From a virus (lineage: Duplodnaviria; Caudoviricetes): a DNA stretch of 29,086 nucleotides. The stretch spans positions 1-29,086 of the IMG/VR virus record IMGVR_UViG_3300020185_000192, one strand, 5' to 3'. Under the pieces are notes generated by a model that saw nothing but the letters and a program-made list of their open reading frames with translations, made no database searches and was not told the DNA's origin. Position 1 is the first letter of the stretch; each line of letters starts with the position of its first letter. The translations under genes were made by a program, and so were the position numbers. This document shows positions 7,976 to 17,237 of this stretch, piece after piece.

Positions 7976-10000
7976 TCAATCATCAATCATTTTATCGATG
8001 TCATTAATCATATCATTAATATTTTCATTAATTTTTATGTTCTTATCCACTATCTTAACCCTTTCATTCATAATCTCCTTTTCCTTTGGTTTAATAGAAG
8101 TTATTAACTTATCGTAATAGTTTTCTTGGTACTTATTAATTTTCTTATTAATTTTATCTTTACTTTCAGTAATTAAGTTTTCAGTTCTCTTAATTGACTC
8201 TTCAGTAGCTTCTGGTTCATCACCACCGAAGCCTTCATCACCACCTTCATCATCACCGAAGCCTTCATCACCACCTTCACCGAAGCCTTCATCACCACCT
8301 TCACCGAAGTCAAGACCACCGCCTCCACCACCGAAGCCGCCTCCACCGCCTCCACCACCGAAGCCTTCATCACCACCTTCATCACCACCTTCATCACCAC
8401 CACCAGACTCACCTTCTTGAGCAACCTTAATATCACCATATATCCTATCAACCTCATCGAATGTACCAGTATGTTTAATAACCGATGATGTTTTTTCTAA
8501 TTCAGAAGAAGCAGCTTTCTCCATTCTCTGTTCAAGTAAATCTTGTTTAATTTCATCATCAGCCCATCCAAGAATTTCTCTTTTTGCCCTAGTCATAGAC
8601 ATAACACCGAATCCATTACCAGAGTCACTAACAGCATCTTTAAAAAGTGTAACCTTAGCTTGTAAATGTTCAACTTTAAGCATCTCTGCTTGTGTAGATG
8701 GATTATTAAGTGTAAGTGTAAAATTATCTAATTCTTCATCAAGACCTAAAAGGAATAAGTGTAAGATAGCAATCTTATTTAATTCCATTATCATAGCTTG
8801 TTGGATTCTATTAATTGTTCTAGTGAATCTAATATCCTGTAAAGCTAAATTCTTACCCTCGCCCATAGCATCTTCATACCCTAAGAAAGACTTAGGTACC
8901 CTTAATGCTGTAAATAATTTCTTTTGTAAATATTCGATATCTGCAATTTGGTCAAGATTAGACGCTCCAGCAAGAACATCAATTGGATTAGGAGCATCTT
9001 CACTTCTAACTGGAATAAAGAAATCCTGGTCATTCGCCATTTGATTAAATTGTAAATCTATTTGACCAGTTTGTGGGTCAACAACAGGACTTCTCTTAAA
9101 CCTATTTGCAATATCATCTACATAAGACGGTACATCTTCATCATCGATATTACCAACATAGATTTTATATACCTTTCTTTCTGGAGCTCTTGTAACCCTA
9201 TAAATAAGCATTGCATCTTCAGAAAGTATTAATTGTTTCCATATTCTCCTAGCTTTCTCTAATACTGAAGTTCCATAAGGAAGTCTCCTATCATCACCTA
9301 GAAGTCTAAAGTGTGCAATTTGCCATGAATTAAACTCAAGGTCTCTACCTCTCCATATAAACTTAACCTTTGGGTCATCCGCTTCTTCTCCACCAATCGG
9401 AGTAGAACCACCGCCATTAACCATTCTAGAATATAAATCACCCTCTCTTCTCTCAATCTCAAAGTTAGGCATTTGTCTTCCACCAATTACTCCAGCCTTA
9501 TCATCAATATTAAGAAATACGAAGTTATCACCATACTTACAGGTATTTCTAACCCACATTGGAAGTGACGTATGTATGTCAAGTCTATTAAAGAATAAGT
9601 CCTCTAGAATTGTCTTAACCCTCTTAGATTCTGAATAAATATTAAGAACTCTACCCTTTTCGTTTATTGTTGAGGATTCCTCCATCATAATATCTAAAGC
9701 AGCTGAAATCTCTGGATAACCCTCCATAGCCTCAAAATCACTATATGAACCAATACGAGTTGTTTCATAATGAATTGCCTTTTGAAACATTTCATTATCA
9801 ACCTTTCTCCATTGCCCACCAAGATACTTATTTTGTTGGGCCTGTAATTTAGCCTGGTTGAATTCCTCCTTATTTTGTGTTTTTAATAATGTATCATTAC
9901 CAATAGAATACCTATTAGTTTTAGACTTAGGTGCGTTGACACCATCTGGTCCAAATATATTGTTTAATCTTTGAAATATTGTTAAATTTTTCTTAGCCAT
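7976..10000 (-). CDS. gp20: Portal protein, T4 gp20-like, with acidic Gly-rich C-terminal tail
   Basis: YPEISAALDI, SVLEKARRIWKQLILSEDAMLIYRVTRAPERKVYKIYVGN, DIEYLQKKLFTALRVPKSFL motifs. Confidence 0.95.
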   Translation of the reverse strand: MAKKNLTIFQRLNNIFGPDGVNAPKSKTNRYSIGNDTLLKTQNKEEFNQAKLQAQQNKYLGGQWRKVDNEMFQKAIHYETTRIGSYSDFEAMEGYPEISAALDIMMEESSTINEKGRVLNIYSESKRVKTILEDLFFNRLDIHTSLPMWVRNTCKYGDNFVFLNIDDKAGVIGGRQMPNFEIERREGDLYSRMVNGGGSTPIGGEEADDPKVKFIWRGRDLEFNSWQIAHFRLLGDDRRLPYGTSVLEKARRIWKQLILSEDAMLIYRVTRAPERKVYKIYVGNIDDEDVPSYVDDIANRFKRSPVVDPQTGQIDLQFNQMANDQDFFIPVRSEDAPNPIDVLAGASNLDQIADIEYLQKKLFTALRVPKSFLGYEDAMGEGKNLALQDIRFTRTINRIQQAMIMELNKIAILHLFLLGLDEELDNFTLTLNNPSTQAEMLKVEHLQAKVTLFKDAVSDSGNGFGVMSMTRAKREILGWADDEIKQDLLEQRMEKAASSELEKTSSVIKHTGTFDEVDRIYGDIKVAQEGESGGGDEGGDEGGDEGFGGGGGGGGFGGGGGGLDFGEGGDEGFGEGGDEGFGDDEGGDEGFGGDEPEATEESIKRTENLITESKDKINKKINKYQENYYDKLITSIKPKEKEIMNERVKIVDKNIKINENINDMINDIDKMIDD
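8218..8406. repeat. Tandem GGDEG / GGDEGFG coding repeats and poly-Gly in the portal tail
   Basis: Recurring ccgaagccttcatcaccaccttca and ccttcatcacca units. Confidence 0.9.
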
Positions 10001-10057
10001 TTCTTTTACTTTTTATTATAGTTATAATTATAATGAATTTATACTAAAATTAAATAC

Positions 10058-10309
10058 TTACTTCACATAATCACATTGTGCATAAGCTGTTCTTACTGCT
10101 TGACCAGTAATAACTACAATCACATAACTATATGTTGATATAAAATCATCCCCTTGAGACCCAATTGGAGTTGTACAGTAATAATTACCAACCCCGCCAG
10201 AACTCTTAGCTTTTTTCTTAACACTAGTATCTGGACACCATTTATATAGTTTACCACCCTTTTGAAACCCTTGTTTAGTACCACATTTTTTACATCTTTC
10301 TAACCCCAT
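10058..10309 (-). CDS. Small Cys-containing hypothetical protein (83 aa) between terminase and portal
   Basis: Start reassigned to the ATG at 10309 (MGLERCKKCG), 1 nt after the terminase stop; five Cys including CxxC. Confidence 0.65.
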   Translation of the reverse strand: MGLERCKKCGTKQGFQKGGKLYKWCPDTSVKKKAKSSGGVGNYYCTTPIGSQGDDFISTYSYVIVVITGQAVRTAYAQCDYVK

Positions 10310-10310
10310 A

Positions 10311-12104
10311 TTATCTTGTTCCACTAAATAGCCATAAATATTCACCTTTTGGGTCTTGCATGTTCTTAGACACCCCTGGTTTAAATTTAGGTTTTGGATG
10401 TGCTTTCTTACCTCTATTCTTTTGAGACACGAAACCAGTACCACTTGTATCGTTATTTAATTCACCACCAACCTTCCAAGCTGATAGTATTGCTTTAGTT
10501 TGATTCTCTAACTTCTTTAAATTTTTAAATGAATGTTCAAGAGTCCATAATGGCATTGCAAATGCCATAAGTAAATCATCATGATAACCTTCCATATGGT
10601 CTGGTCTACCATTTTTATAAATAAACGTCTTCATTTCAGATGTAGTTCTTATGGACCTAATCTTAATACCATCCGTTCTAATCATATATTCTAAATGAGC
10701 AATCATTGGAAGTCTAACACCGTTAGCGTTAAATCCAGGTATTTTACTATCCTTAGTGTGGTGTTCTAATTGCCCTTTCTTACTATTAAGAATCTTACCC
10801 CTAGGTTCGTCATAGTGTAAGAATTTATAACCTAACTCAATTAACTTAAGTACTGTTGAAACACCCATACCACCTGTGATATCAACCACAGTGTAAGACT
10901 CATATAAATTACCATATTCATAAACTATCTCACCTAGTAAATCTGGCTGTACCTTTCCTTGGTACTCCATAACCTGTTCCATAGTTGTAAAATCAATTAT
11001 TACTATTGTGGATGAATCTTCACCATCACCCCTAGCTACATCGACCCCCATTATATATTGGTGACCTTCTTCTGGTTGTTTCCATATCCAGTATTCTTGT
11101 TCAAGGCCAGAAGTCCACTTAGGGTCTTGAACGTTGTTTTCTTCTTGATAAACAATATCCTCATCCTTTATTACGTTACCCCCAGAACCAAGGAATGATA
11201 CGTCAAGCTCTTGTGCAATCTTTCTTGTATTATTATTAAGAGTCATACACATATCTTCATACCATGTAGAAGTAGGTTTATAACCATCTTTAATCCTATG
11301 TTCATATTCATCAACTAAAAATTCAATCTCTGGCAACTCTTCAGTTATCTCACCATCCTTATTCTTTTTAATCCATCTTAAATCCTTATTGTAACGTGGG
11401 TCCTCAAACCAACGCATTTCAACAATATTATAATTATTCTTACCAGTTTTAGATTGGTCATATGTTTTATAATATAGTGGGTCCATACCATTCGGTGTAG
11501 AAATAAGCATTACTCTACCCCCAGTAGCACATGATGACATTGCAGCAGCATACACAGCATCTCCGTTATCAATAAAGGCTGCCTCATCAAATACTAGATA
11601 AGTGGGTGTGTACCCCCTAAGCGCATCCTCAGATGTAGCAACCGCAATAATTTGACATCCGTTAGGTAATTCAATCTCAATCTTAGAGTCAGTAATAAAG
11701 ATACTTTTCTTTTCATTCTCTACTGAACCGTAGTATTCTGGTCCCCATACCCATCTAGGTAATTGGTTACAATAATCTTTAATACCTTTAACAAATTTTT
11801 GAGCTAATTTTAACTTATTTGCGATTATTAGAATAACCTCTGGGTTATCTGGGTCAGCAAAACCACCCTTTATAGCCATATAAGCTTGTGTTGTTGTTGA
11901 TATACCAGCCTGTCTAGGTTTAGTTACTAAATTGAATCTATGTTCCTCGTATGCGTTTACGATTTGCTTTTGTCTAGGGAATAACTTAAAAGGTACAAAA
12001 CCGCCCTGTGTTAAATCTTTAGTCTCTAAATAAGTACCAATAGCATAGATAGGGTCTTGCACACATTTAACGTATTCAGTTAATATTTCTGCATTTGTTA
12101 ACAT
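10311..12104 (-). CDS. gp17: Terminase large subunit, T4 gp17-like
   Basis: FKLFPRQ adenine-binding motif, KPRQAGIST Walker A, LVFDEAAF Walker B, ISTPNG, nuclease YIMGVDVARG and HDDLLMA; start reassigned to 12104 (MLTNAEIL) downstream of the promoter motif. Confidence 0.95.
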   Translation of the reverse strand: MLTNAEILTEYVKCVQDPIYAIGTYLETKDLTQGGFVPFKLFPRQKQIVNAYEEHRFNLVTKPRQAGISTTTQAYMAIKGGFADPDNPEVILIIANKLKLAQKFVKGIKDYCNQLPRWVWGPEYYGSVENEKKSIFITDSKIEIELPNGCQIIAVATSEDALRGYTPTYLVFDEAAFIDNGDAVYAAAMSSCATGGRVMLISTPNGMDPLYYKTYDQSKTGKNNYNIVEMRWFEDPRYNKDLRWIKKNKDGEITEELPEIEFLVDEYEHRIKDGYKPTSTWYEDMCMTLNNNTRKIAQELDVSFLGSGGNVIKDEDIVYQEENNVQDPKWTSGLEQEYWIWKQPEEGHQYIMGVDVARGDGEDSSTIVIIDFTTMEQVMEYQGKVQPDLLGEIVYEYGNLYESYTVVDITGGMGVSTVLKLIELGYKFLHYDEPRGKILNSKKGQLEHHTKDSKIPGFNANGVRLPMIAHLEYMIRTDGIKIRSIRTTSEMKTFIYKNGRPDHMEGYHDDLLMAFAMPLWTLEHSFKNLKKLENQTKAILSAWKVGGELNNDTSGTGFVSQKNRGKKAHPKPKFKPGVSKNMQDPKGEYLWLFSGTR

Positions 12105-12116
12105 AGTCTTTATTAT

Positions 12117-12124
12117 ATAAATAT
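12117..12124 (-). promoter_or_regulatory. ATATTTAT putative late promoter upstream of terminase
   Basis: Recurrent motif, 12 nt upstream of the ATG at 12104. Confidence 0.7.
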
Positions 12125-12142
12125 GATGACACAAGTAAAAAC

Positions 12143-12176
12143 AAAAAAGACCCACACTAATGGACCTTTTTTTTTT
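12143..12176 (-). terminator. Probable intrinsic terminator
   Basis: Minus strand AGGTCCA-TTAGTG-TGGGTCT-TTTTT with G:U pairs, flanked by A and T tracts. Confidence 0.55.
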
Positions 12177-12198
12177 AGCATTATATATTATGATTTAA

Positions 12199-13395
12199 CT
12201 AACCTAATAATTCATTGATATCAAAATTAGATTCACCCATTCGTTCATTGTAATCATCCTCTTGTAGTTCTCTCTTAATCTCACTAATCATTTCACCCAT
12301 TCTTTTCTTACCAGTCTTAGTCTTACCGATGATTTCTTTCATAAATGAATTAAATTCAGATGGTGGTAATGCAGCAACATCAGCATAAGCGTGGTGCTTA
12401 AGGTTGAAGTCATCAACTGGTATTGCTTCACAAAATCTATTCCATATCTTAGAAAATCTCATATCCCATGGTTCGGCTTGAATAAAATCAGCTTTATTAA
12501 TTGCGTATTTAGCAATGTTTTCTTGTGATGGTTGACCATGCATAGATAATACTTCCATTACACCCTTAACTAATTCATGTATAAGTACTGGAAATACCAT
12601 TGCTTGTGCTTTAATTTGTGGTTTTGAATCCTCACCTACACCACAATCAACATCACACTTACCCGCATCAACACCCTTATCCATATCTGGCATAATGAAA
12701 AACATATAATCAGCAGCAGACATCATCTTTTTATAATTCCCAGGTAGTCTTGGATTCATACCAATTAAATCATCGTGTCTCATATGAAACATGTGGTTAA
12801 CGTTCTTAGCGGCACCTTGAGTCATTGCATTTAATACTCTTCTTTTCTTTACTTCAGCATTAGCTTGTGAAATCTCATCTGAATCTTCAAATTGAAAATC
12901 TTCTTCCATTTCTAGTGGTCCATCACTATCACTAGTTCCACTTCTTGTTATATGTGAAGTTAATTCAGCCACCATATCAATAGACCCTTCTGGAATATCA
13001 AATTCATTAAGTACCATCTCTACAGCCAACTCTTCTAATTTTTTTCTATGTGGTTCTTCCATTTCCATTGCTTGTCTAACTAAAGGCATCTGTTTTTCCA
13101 TAATTTGATTATTATCAATAGTATCAACATCAAATGCCTCACGACATCTCTCAACAACTTCTTTAAATCTTTCTTTGATAAGTCTCATTTCACTTGTTAT
13201 TTCATTTCCTTCTGGGAATATACCACATTCAGCTAATGAGTGTTTATTGTTTCTTAAATCATCTTCTAATTGTTGATGCATTCTTTCAGTAATGTTTTCC
13301 TCATAAAGAAGGTTCTCATTAATTGGCTGTTTATCACTTCCCACATTTGCCTCCTTTAAAGCTTTCTTTGCTAATTCTCTATATTTTTTACTCAT
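12199..13395 (-). CDS. Hypothetical head-module protein (398 aa)
   Basis: Long ORF upstream of terminase; globular motifs KRRVLNAMTQGAAK, FPVLIHELVKG, EPWDMR; N-terminal LKE/INE sites. Confidence 0.7.
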   Translation of the reverse strand: MSKKYRELAKKALKEANVGSDKQPINENLLYEENITERMHQQLEDDLRNNKHSLAECGIFPEGNEITSEMRLIKERFKEVVERCREAFDVDTIDNNQIMEKQMPLVRQAMEMEEPHRKKLEELAVEMVLNEFDIPEGSIDMVAELTSHITRSGTSDSDGPLEMEEDFQFEDSDEISQANAEVKKRRVLNAMTQGAAKNVNHMFHMRHDDLIGMNPRLPGNYKKMMSAADYMFFIMPDMDKGVDAGKCDVDCGVGEDSKPQIKAQAMVFPVLIHELVKGVMEVLSMHGQPSQENIAKYAINKADFIQAEPWDMRFSKIWNRFCEAIPVDDFNLKHHAYADVAALPPSEFNSFMKEIIGKTKTGKKRMGEMISEIKRELQEDDYNERMGESNFDINELLG

Positions 13396-14039
13396 TTTCT
13401 TAAGTGTTTTACTTTAAATGTTTTTATAACTTTTCTTTTTTTATTACCCAATATAGTTTCAATCAGTTGGTCTTTACTCATCTTTGGTCTAACATTCTCA
13501 TTAGTTTTACTACCCTTACTAGCCGCTAATTCCTCTTTCTCCATCTTCCCCAACCAATCCTTTAAGGATGCAAGTTTTTCAGGGTCTTTAGTGCGGTCTA
13601 TTTGGACTTTAAGAGCTTGAATGCGTGAGTGTAAATTATCATCACATTCTAACATATTATCATTAGTATCAGCACCACCTACTGAGGTAGTGTTTATTGT
13701 AGGTCTAGGTTTTTTATCACCATAATCTGGACCGCCATCTTGACCATTCCAATCGTTACTTAAATCACTTAGTTCTGGGTTAATTCCAGCTTCAATACCT
13801 CTACTAACCACATCATCAGGAAAGTCAGTTTCATTAACTTCACTATTATAAGCCGTATCTATAGCGGTTGTAGCAATCTTTGAGGCTAGGAATTTAGCGT
13901 CTTCAATATTACCAGTGATAGGCTCAACAGAACTTTCGATTTCACCAGCGATTGTAGTAATATTTTTAACATCGTTCTTAGCTAACTCCATAGCTTTATC
14001 AATATCCTCTTGTATATGTTTCTTTTTAATTCTCATCAA
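13392..14039 (-). CDS. Hypothetical acidic protein, putative internal head protein
   Basis: Overlaps both neighbours; IQE, VNE, MLE, TNE sites. Confidence 0.65.
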   Translation of the reverse strand: MMRIKKKHIQEDIDKAMELAKNDVKNITTIAGEIESSVEPITGNIEDAKFLASKIATTAIDTAYNSEVNETDFPDDVVSRGIEAGINPELSDLSNDWNGQDGGPDYGDKKPRPTINTTSVGGADTNDNMLECDDNLHSRIQALKVQIDRTKDPEKLASLKDWLGKMEKEELAASKGSKTNENVRPKMSKDQLIETILGNKKRKVIKTFKVKHLRK

Positions 14040-14436
14040 CTATTTTTTTATTAGCATTATTATATTCAAGAATAACATCTTTTTCGTATAATTTATCTTC
14101 AACTTCTTTAATATCAATTCCAAAATCAAAATAAAGCCTTGTATCTGGATATTCATCATATTCCGATATGTCTTCCCAACCAAGTGCTACAACACCATCT
14201 ACAGCATCCCAAACTGCGAATGTATCGCTTTTCTGAACCAAGTCAAATTTTAATTCAGAAGTAAGTTTGCCAACCTTCACGATAAAATCGCTACTAGGTG
14301 GTGCTGGTCTACCAGATGCTGGTAAAGCGTCCCAATCGTCACCATCAATATTCTCAATCTCATCAGCGAATAAGAACTCATAAATATTATTACCAGTCCA
14401 ATCTTCACCAACTTCATTTATATAAACTAACTTCAT
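14026..14436 (-). CDS. Hypothetical protein (136 aa)
   Basis: Tightly packed in the operon; globular composition (YEFLF, DAVDGVVALGWE). Confidence 0.7.
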   Translation of the reverse strand: MKLVYINEVGEDWTGNNIYEFLFADEIENIDGDDWDALPASGRPAPPSSDFIVKVGKLTSELKFDLVQKSDTFAVWDAVDGVVALGWEDISEYDEYPDTRLYFDFGIDIKEVEDKLYEKDVILEYNNANKKIVDEN

Positions 14437-14438
14437 TA

Positions 14439-15797
14439 TTATTCTCCCATTTTAGGTCTTGGTTTAACAATTGGTTTTGGTTCCCAAATCCTCTTTGTTC
14501 TACGTGAAGGTTTTTCACCTGGTTTAACAACTGGAGGTTTGATAGCTGGTTCAACCATTTCATCTAATTTACCTTTAATAATTATTTTCATATCCTTGTT
14601 TTCAACAAATATATCATTTTTTTTTGACTCTTGCAAATCTTCACCAACAATGTCAGAAACCTTTTTATTAGACCACATTTTACAAGACCAATATCCAGCA
14701 GTTGTTTTATCCTTCTTTTCAGAACACTTATGTCTTGCTCTAAATGATTTTTTAGCTTCAGCATTATCCCTTCTAATTTCCATATCCTTGTCTCCGAATT
14801 GAACCTTAACTACATTACCTTTATCATTCTTAACATAAACCTTAAACTTCTTACTACAACCCTTATCATCTTTTTTACATGGTGAAGGTTTATTTAATGT
14901 AACTTTATTTCCTTGATGTTCCGCTTCCATAAGCGACTCACTAGTTTTTTTCTTACAAGAACCCTTTTCACCCTCTATAGTTCCAGGCACCCTAGCATAA
15001 CCATCCCAACATGGATTACTCTCAGTTGTTAAAAAATCAGCAACTTCTTCAGCATCATCAGCTGATGTTGAAATATGGTCATCTGCCCACTTATGACCTT
15101 TTAATTTCTTTTCACGACTTACCTTATCCATTGCCAGTATAGCCTCAGCATCGTCCCTCATATTTGTAAGGTTTATTGTCATAGTATCTTCCTCACTTAA
15201 TTCATCACTAAACACCTCTTCAGTATCGCTTGTTGGTTCAGAATCTACTTCTGGCTCAACCTCTGGTTCAGCAGACACTTCTTTCTCAGCATCACTAGTA
15301 TCGTCAGCAGCTCCAGAAGTCTTAACCTTTCTAATAATATCATCTTGGTCTTCTTCATCCATTTCAGATGTGTGACTAGCAGATATAACAGAGTTAATTG
15401 CGTATTTCTCTAAATCAAAATCTGGCTCACCTCTTTCATCGTTATATTTCCTCATTGAGGTGCCTATCTTACCAGCTAATTGTTGAATGTATTTTTCTGG
15501 GTCTTCTTCTTCACTAGCCTCAACGCCAGCATCGAATGGTTCTTCATCGAATGGCTTATCACCTTCAGACTCAGCTTCATCCCCAAATCCACCAGCATCA
15601 TCAGTTGGAGCATCTGCAAAGGCATCTAATCCCCCACTACCAGAATCATCAAAAGCTGGTTCACTCTTTGGAGCGTCCAGCTTGATTTTGTATTTAGTAT
15701 CTTCTTCTAGATTTTCGGTGATATCTTCATCGATATTGACTTCATCAATATCCATTTTATTGTATCCACCATTGTTGGGTTGTTCGTCAGAAAACAA
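14439..15797 (-). CDS. Acidic modular protein, probably the C-terminal part of a frameshift fusion with 15824-16600
   Basis: Only a TTG start in the ORF track; frame is open back through the A10 run at 15830-15839; modules include a GHKWADDH helical unit, a CWDGY unit and a KKFKVYV...FG...SFRARHKC...YWSC unit seen in T4-like phages. Confidence 0.75.
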   Translation of the reverse strand: MFSDEQPNNGGYNKMDIDEVNIDEDITENLEEDTKYKIKLDAPKSEPAFDDSGSGGLDAFADAPTDDAGGFGDEAESEGDKPFDEEPFDAGVEASEEEDPEKYIQQLAGKIGTSMRKYNDERGEPDFDLEKYAINSVISASHTSEMDEEDQDDIIRKVKTSGAADDTSDAEKEVSAEPEVEPEVDSEPTSDTEEVFSDELSEEDTMTINLTNMRDDAEAILAMDKVSREKKLKGHKWADDHISTSADDAEEVADFLTTESNPCWDGYARVPGTIEGEKGSCKKKTSESLMEAEHQGNKVTLNKPSPCKKDDKGCSKKFKVYVKNDKGNVVKVQFGDKDMEIRRDNAEAKKSFRARHKCSEKKDKTTAGYWSCKMWSNKKVSDIVGEDLQESKKNDIFVENKDMKIIIKGKLDEMVEPAIKPPVVKPGEKPSRRTKRIWEPKPIVKPRPKMGE

Positions 15798-15823
15798 ACC
15801 AGTAGTGTCCCTAGGTGCTTCGG

Positions 15824-16600
15824 TTAAACTTTTTTTTTTAAAGCTTCCATCATAATAGCTCTCTCATCTTCACCAAGTGACTCAAGAATAGATTCAATCT
15901 TACTATTTTCACCACTAAGTTCATCAATTACTGAATCCATCTCCATCATTGCTTTAGCGATAGAATATCCTTTTTTCTTAGGAGCTTCCTCTACTTTACC
16001 AGTAATCATTTCATCAATAGCACTTTCAGTTTCAGTTAACTTAACATCTTTGTTGTCAGATTCAGCCTTACCTTTAGCTACGTTAGAACCAGAATTTTCT
16101 TTATCTTCGTCAGCATCATAATCTAGTTTATCACCTTTCTTATCAACAACATATTCATCAGCATCACCAAAAGCCTTATCCGCAGATAATGTAGCGTTAG
16201 CATTCATTCCGTGATGTTCTGTAATTAAGTTATCATCTAGGAATACATTTACTTGACCAGATTTACCAGCCGCTTCGTTAAGACTCATGAACTTAAGGTT
16301 AAGCATCTTAATTGCTTTTGCGTAAGAAGGATAAGATTTATCTTTCTTATTTTGTAAGCCACCAACATAATTAAAATCTTCTGTTACTAAGTTTTCTTTA
16401 TTCTCAGCAGTCTTTATGTAGTATTCGTGGTTTTCTCTAATTACACCATATATTTTACCATCTGGTCCTTCTTTAGTTAATTCAACAACAGAACCACTTT
16501 CGTTTTCATTAATAGATGTCGTACCCATTAATTCTTTCATTCTGTTAATTACTTCATTACCTTTTAAACCTACTGGTTTTACTATATTACCTTTTTTCAT
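15824..16600 (-). CDS. Putative internal head protein (258 aa; N-terminal part of the frameshift fusion)
   Basis: ATATTTAT motif upstream; sites INE, LNE, ITE, LTE, ILE; ends in LKKKV* on the slippery run. Confidence 0.75.
   Translation of the reverse strand: MKKGNIVKPVGLKGNEVINRMKELMGTTSINENESGSVVELTKEGPDGKIYGVIRENHEYYIKTAENKENLVTEDFNYVGGLQNKKDKSYPSYAKAIKMLNLKFMSLNEAAGKSGQVNVFLDDNLITEHHGMNANATLSADKAFGDADEYVVDKKGDKLDYDADEDKENSGSNVAKGKAESDNKDVKLTETESAIDEMITGKVEEAPKKKGYSIAKAMMEMDSVIDELSGENSKIESILESLGEDERAIMMEALKKKV
15830..15842 (-). other. Candidate -1 frameshift / slippage site TTT-AAAAAAAAAA
   Basis: GCT TTA AAA AAA AAA GTT TAA in frame 0; -1 frame reads AAA AGT TTA ACC GAA GCA CCT... (KSLTEAPRDTTGLFSDEQ) into the downstream ORF. 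Confidence 0.6.
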
Positions 16601-16618
16601 CTCTTTTGTGATTTATAT

Positions 16619-16626
16619 ATAAATAT
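16619..16626 (-). promoter_or_regulatory. ATATTTAT putative late promoter
   Basis: Recurrent motif, 18 nt upstream of the ATG at 16600. Confidence 0.7.
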
Positions 16627-16647
16627 TATGTTTTCTTGTAAAAGTTA

Positions 16648-16908
16648 TTATGGATTTGGATAATTACTTAATGTTGGGCTACCATCCGACACATCTTTAT
16701 TTTCACCTAACACATATACATTGTTAGTATCAGCAGTAAGACTCCTTACCTTAATAGGTAATTGCGTTGTTGCAACTAAGAATACACTTACCCCATTAAT
16801 AACTGCGTTTGAATCAACACTCGCATAAACTAGGTTATATGTGTGTGAACTATAGTCTGCATTATTCCATGCGTGTATAATTGAGTTTTGTGTTCTATTT
16901 ACTGACAT
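16648..16908 (-). CDS. Hypothetical protein (86 aa, beta-rich)
   Basis: ATG with A-rich leader, ATATTTAT at 16942-16949. Confidence 0.65.
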   Translation of the reverse strand: MSVNRTQNSIIHAWNNADYSSHTYNLVYASVDSNAVINGVSVFLVATTQLPIKVRSLTADTNNVYVLGENKDVSDGSPTLSNYPNP

Positions 16909-16970
16909 ATTATTTTTTTATTAAAATTCTATTATTTAATAATAAATATGTTGATAAACAAAAAAAAGCA

Positions 16971-17177
16971 TCATTTAGAAGCTTTATTATTTTTTAAAGA
17001 GACTTTACTAAAAAAAAATAAATATTTAGATAAAGTACATACCCTTTTTTGTGAGTCTAATCTTTTATTTTCGTTACTATTTTCTAGGTGTGTGTCACGC
17101 ATAGCCTCAATCTCTTTCCTTACAGATTGAGTGCAACCATTAAAATTCATTTTCGATGTATCCACTGTTATTATCAT
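16971..17177 (-). CDS. Hypothetical protein (68 aa)
   Basis: ATATTTAT at 17186-17193 just upstream; 3' part is low complexity. Confidence 0.4.
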   Translation of the reverse strand: MIITVDTSKMNFNGCTQSVRKEIEAMRDTHLENSNENKRLDSQKRVCTLSKYLFFFSKVSLKNNKASK

Positions 17178-17237
17178 TTGATATAATAAATATTAAGAAA
17201 CAATCAAAAGTTGAAGGGTACCCCTATTAAATTATCA

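Noticed and set aside
8218-8406. CRISPR-like array
   Set aside because: Repeats are codon-phased, lack unique spacers and lie within the portal ORF
14380-14387. ATATTTAT copy inside ORF 14026-14436
   Set aside because: Intragenic and far from the next start; expected by chance in AT-rich DNA
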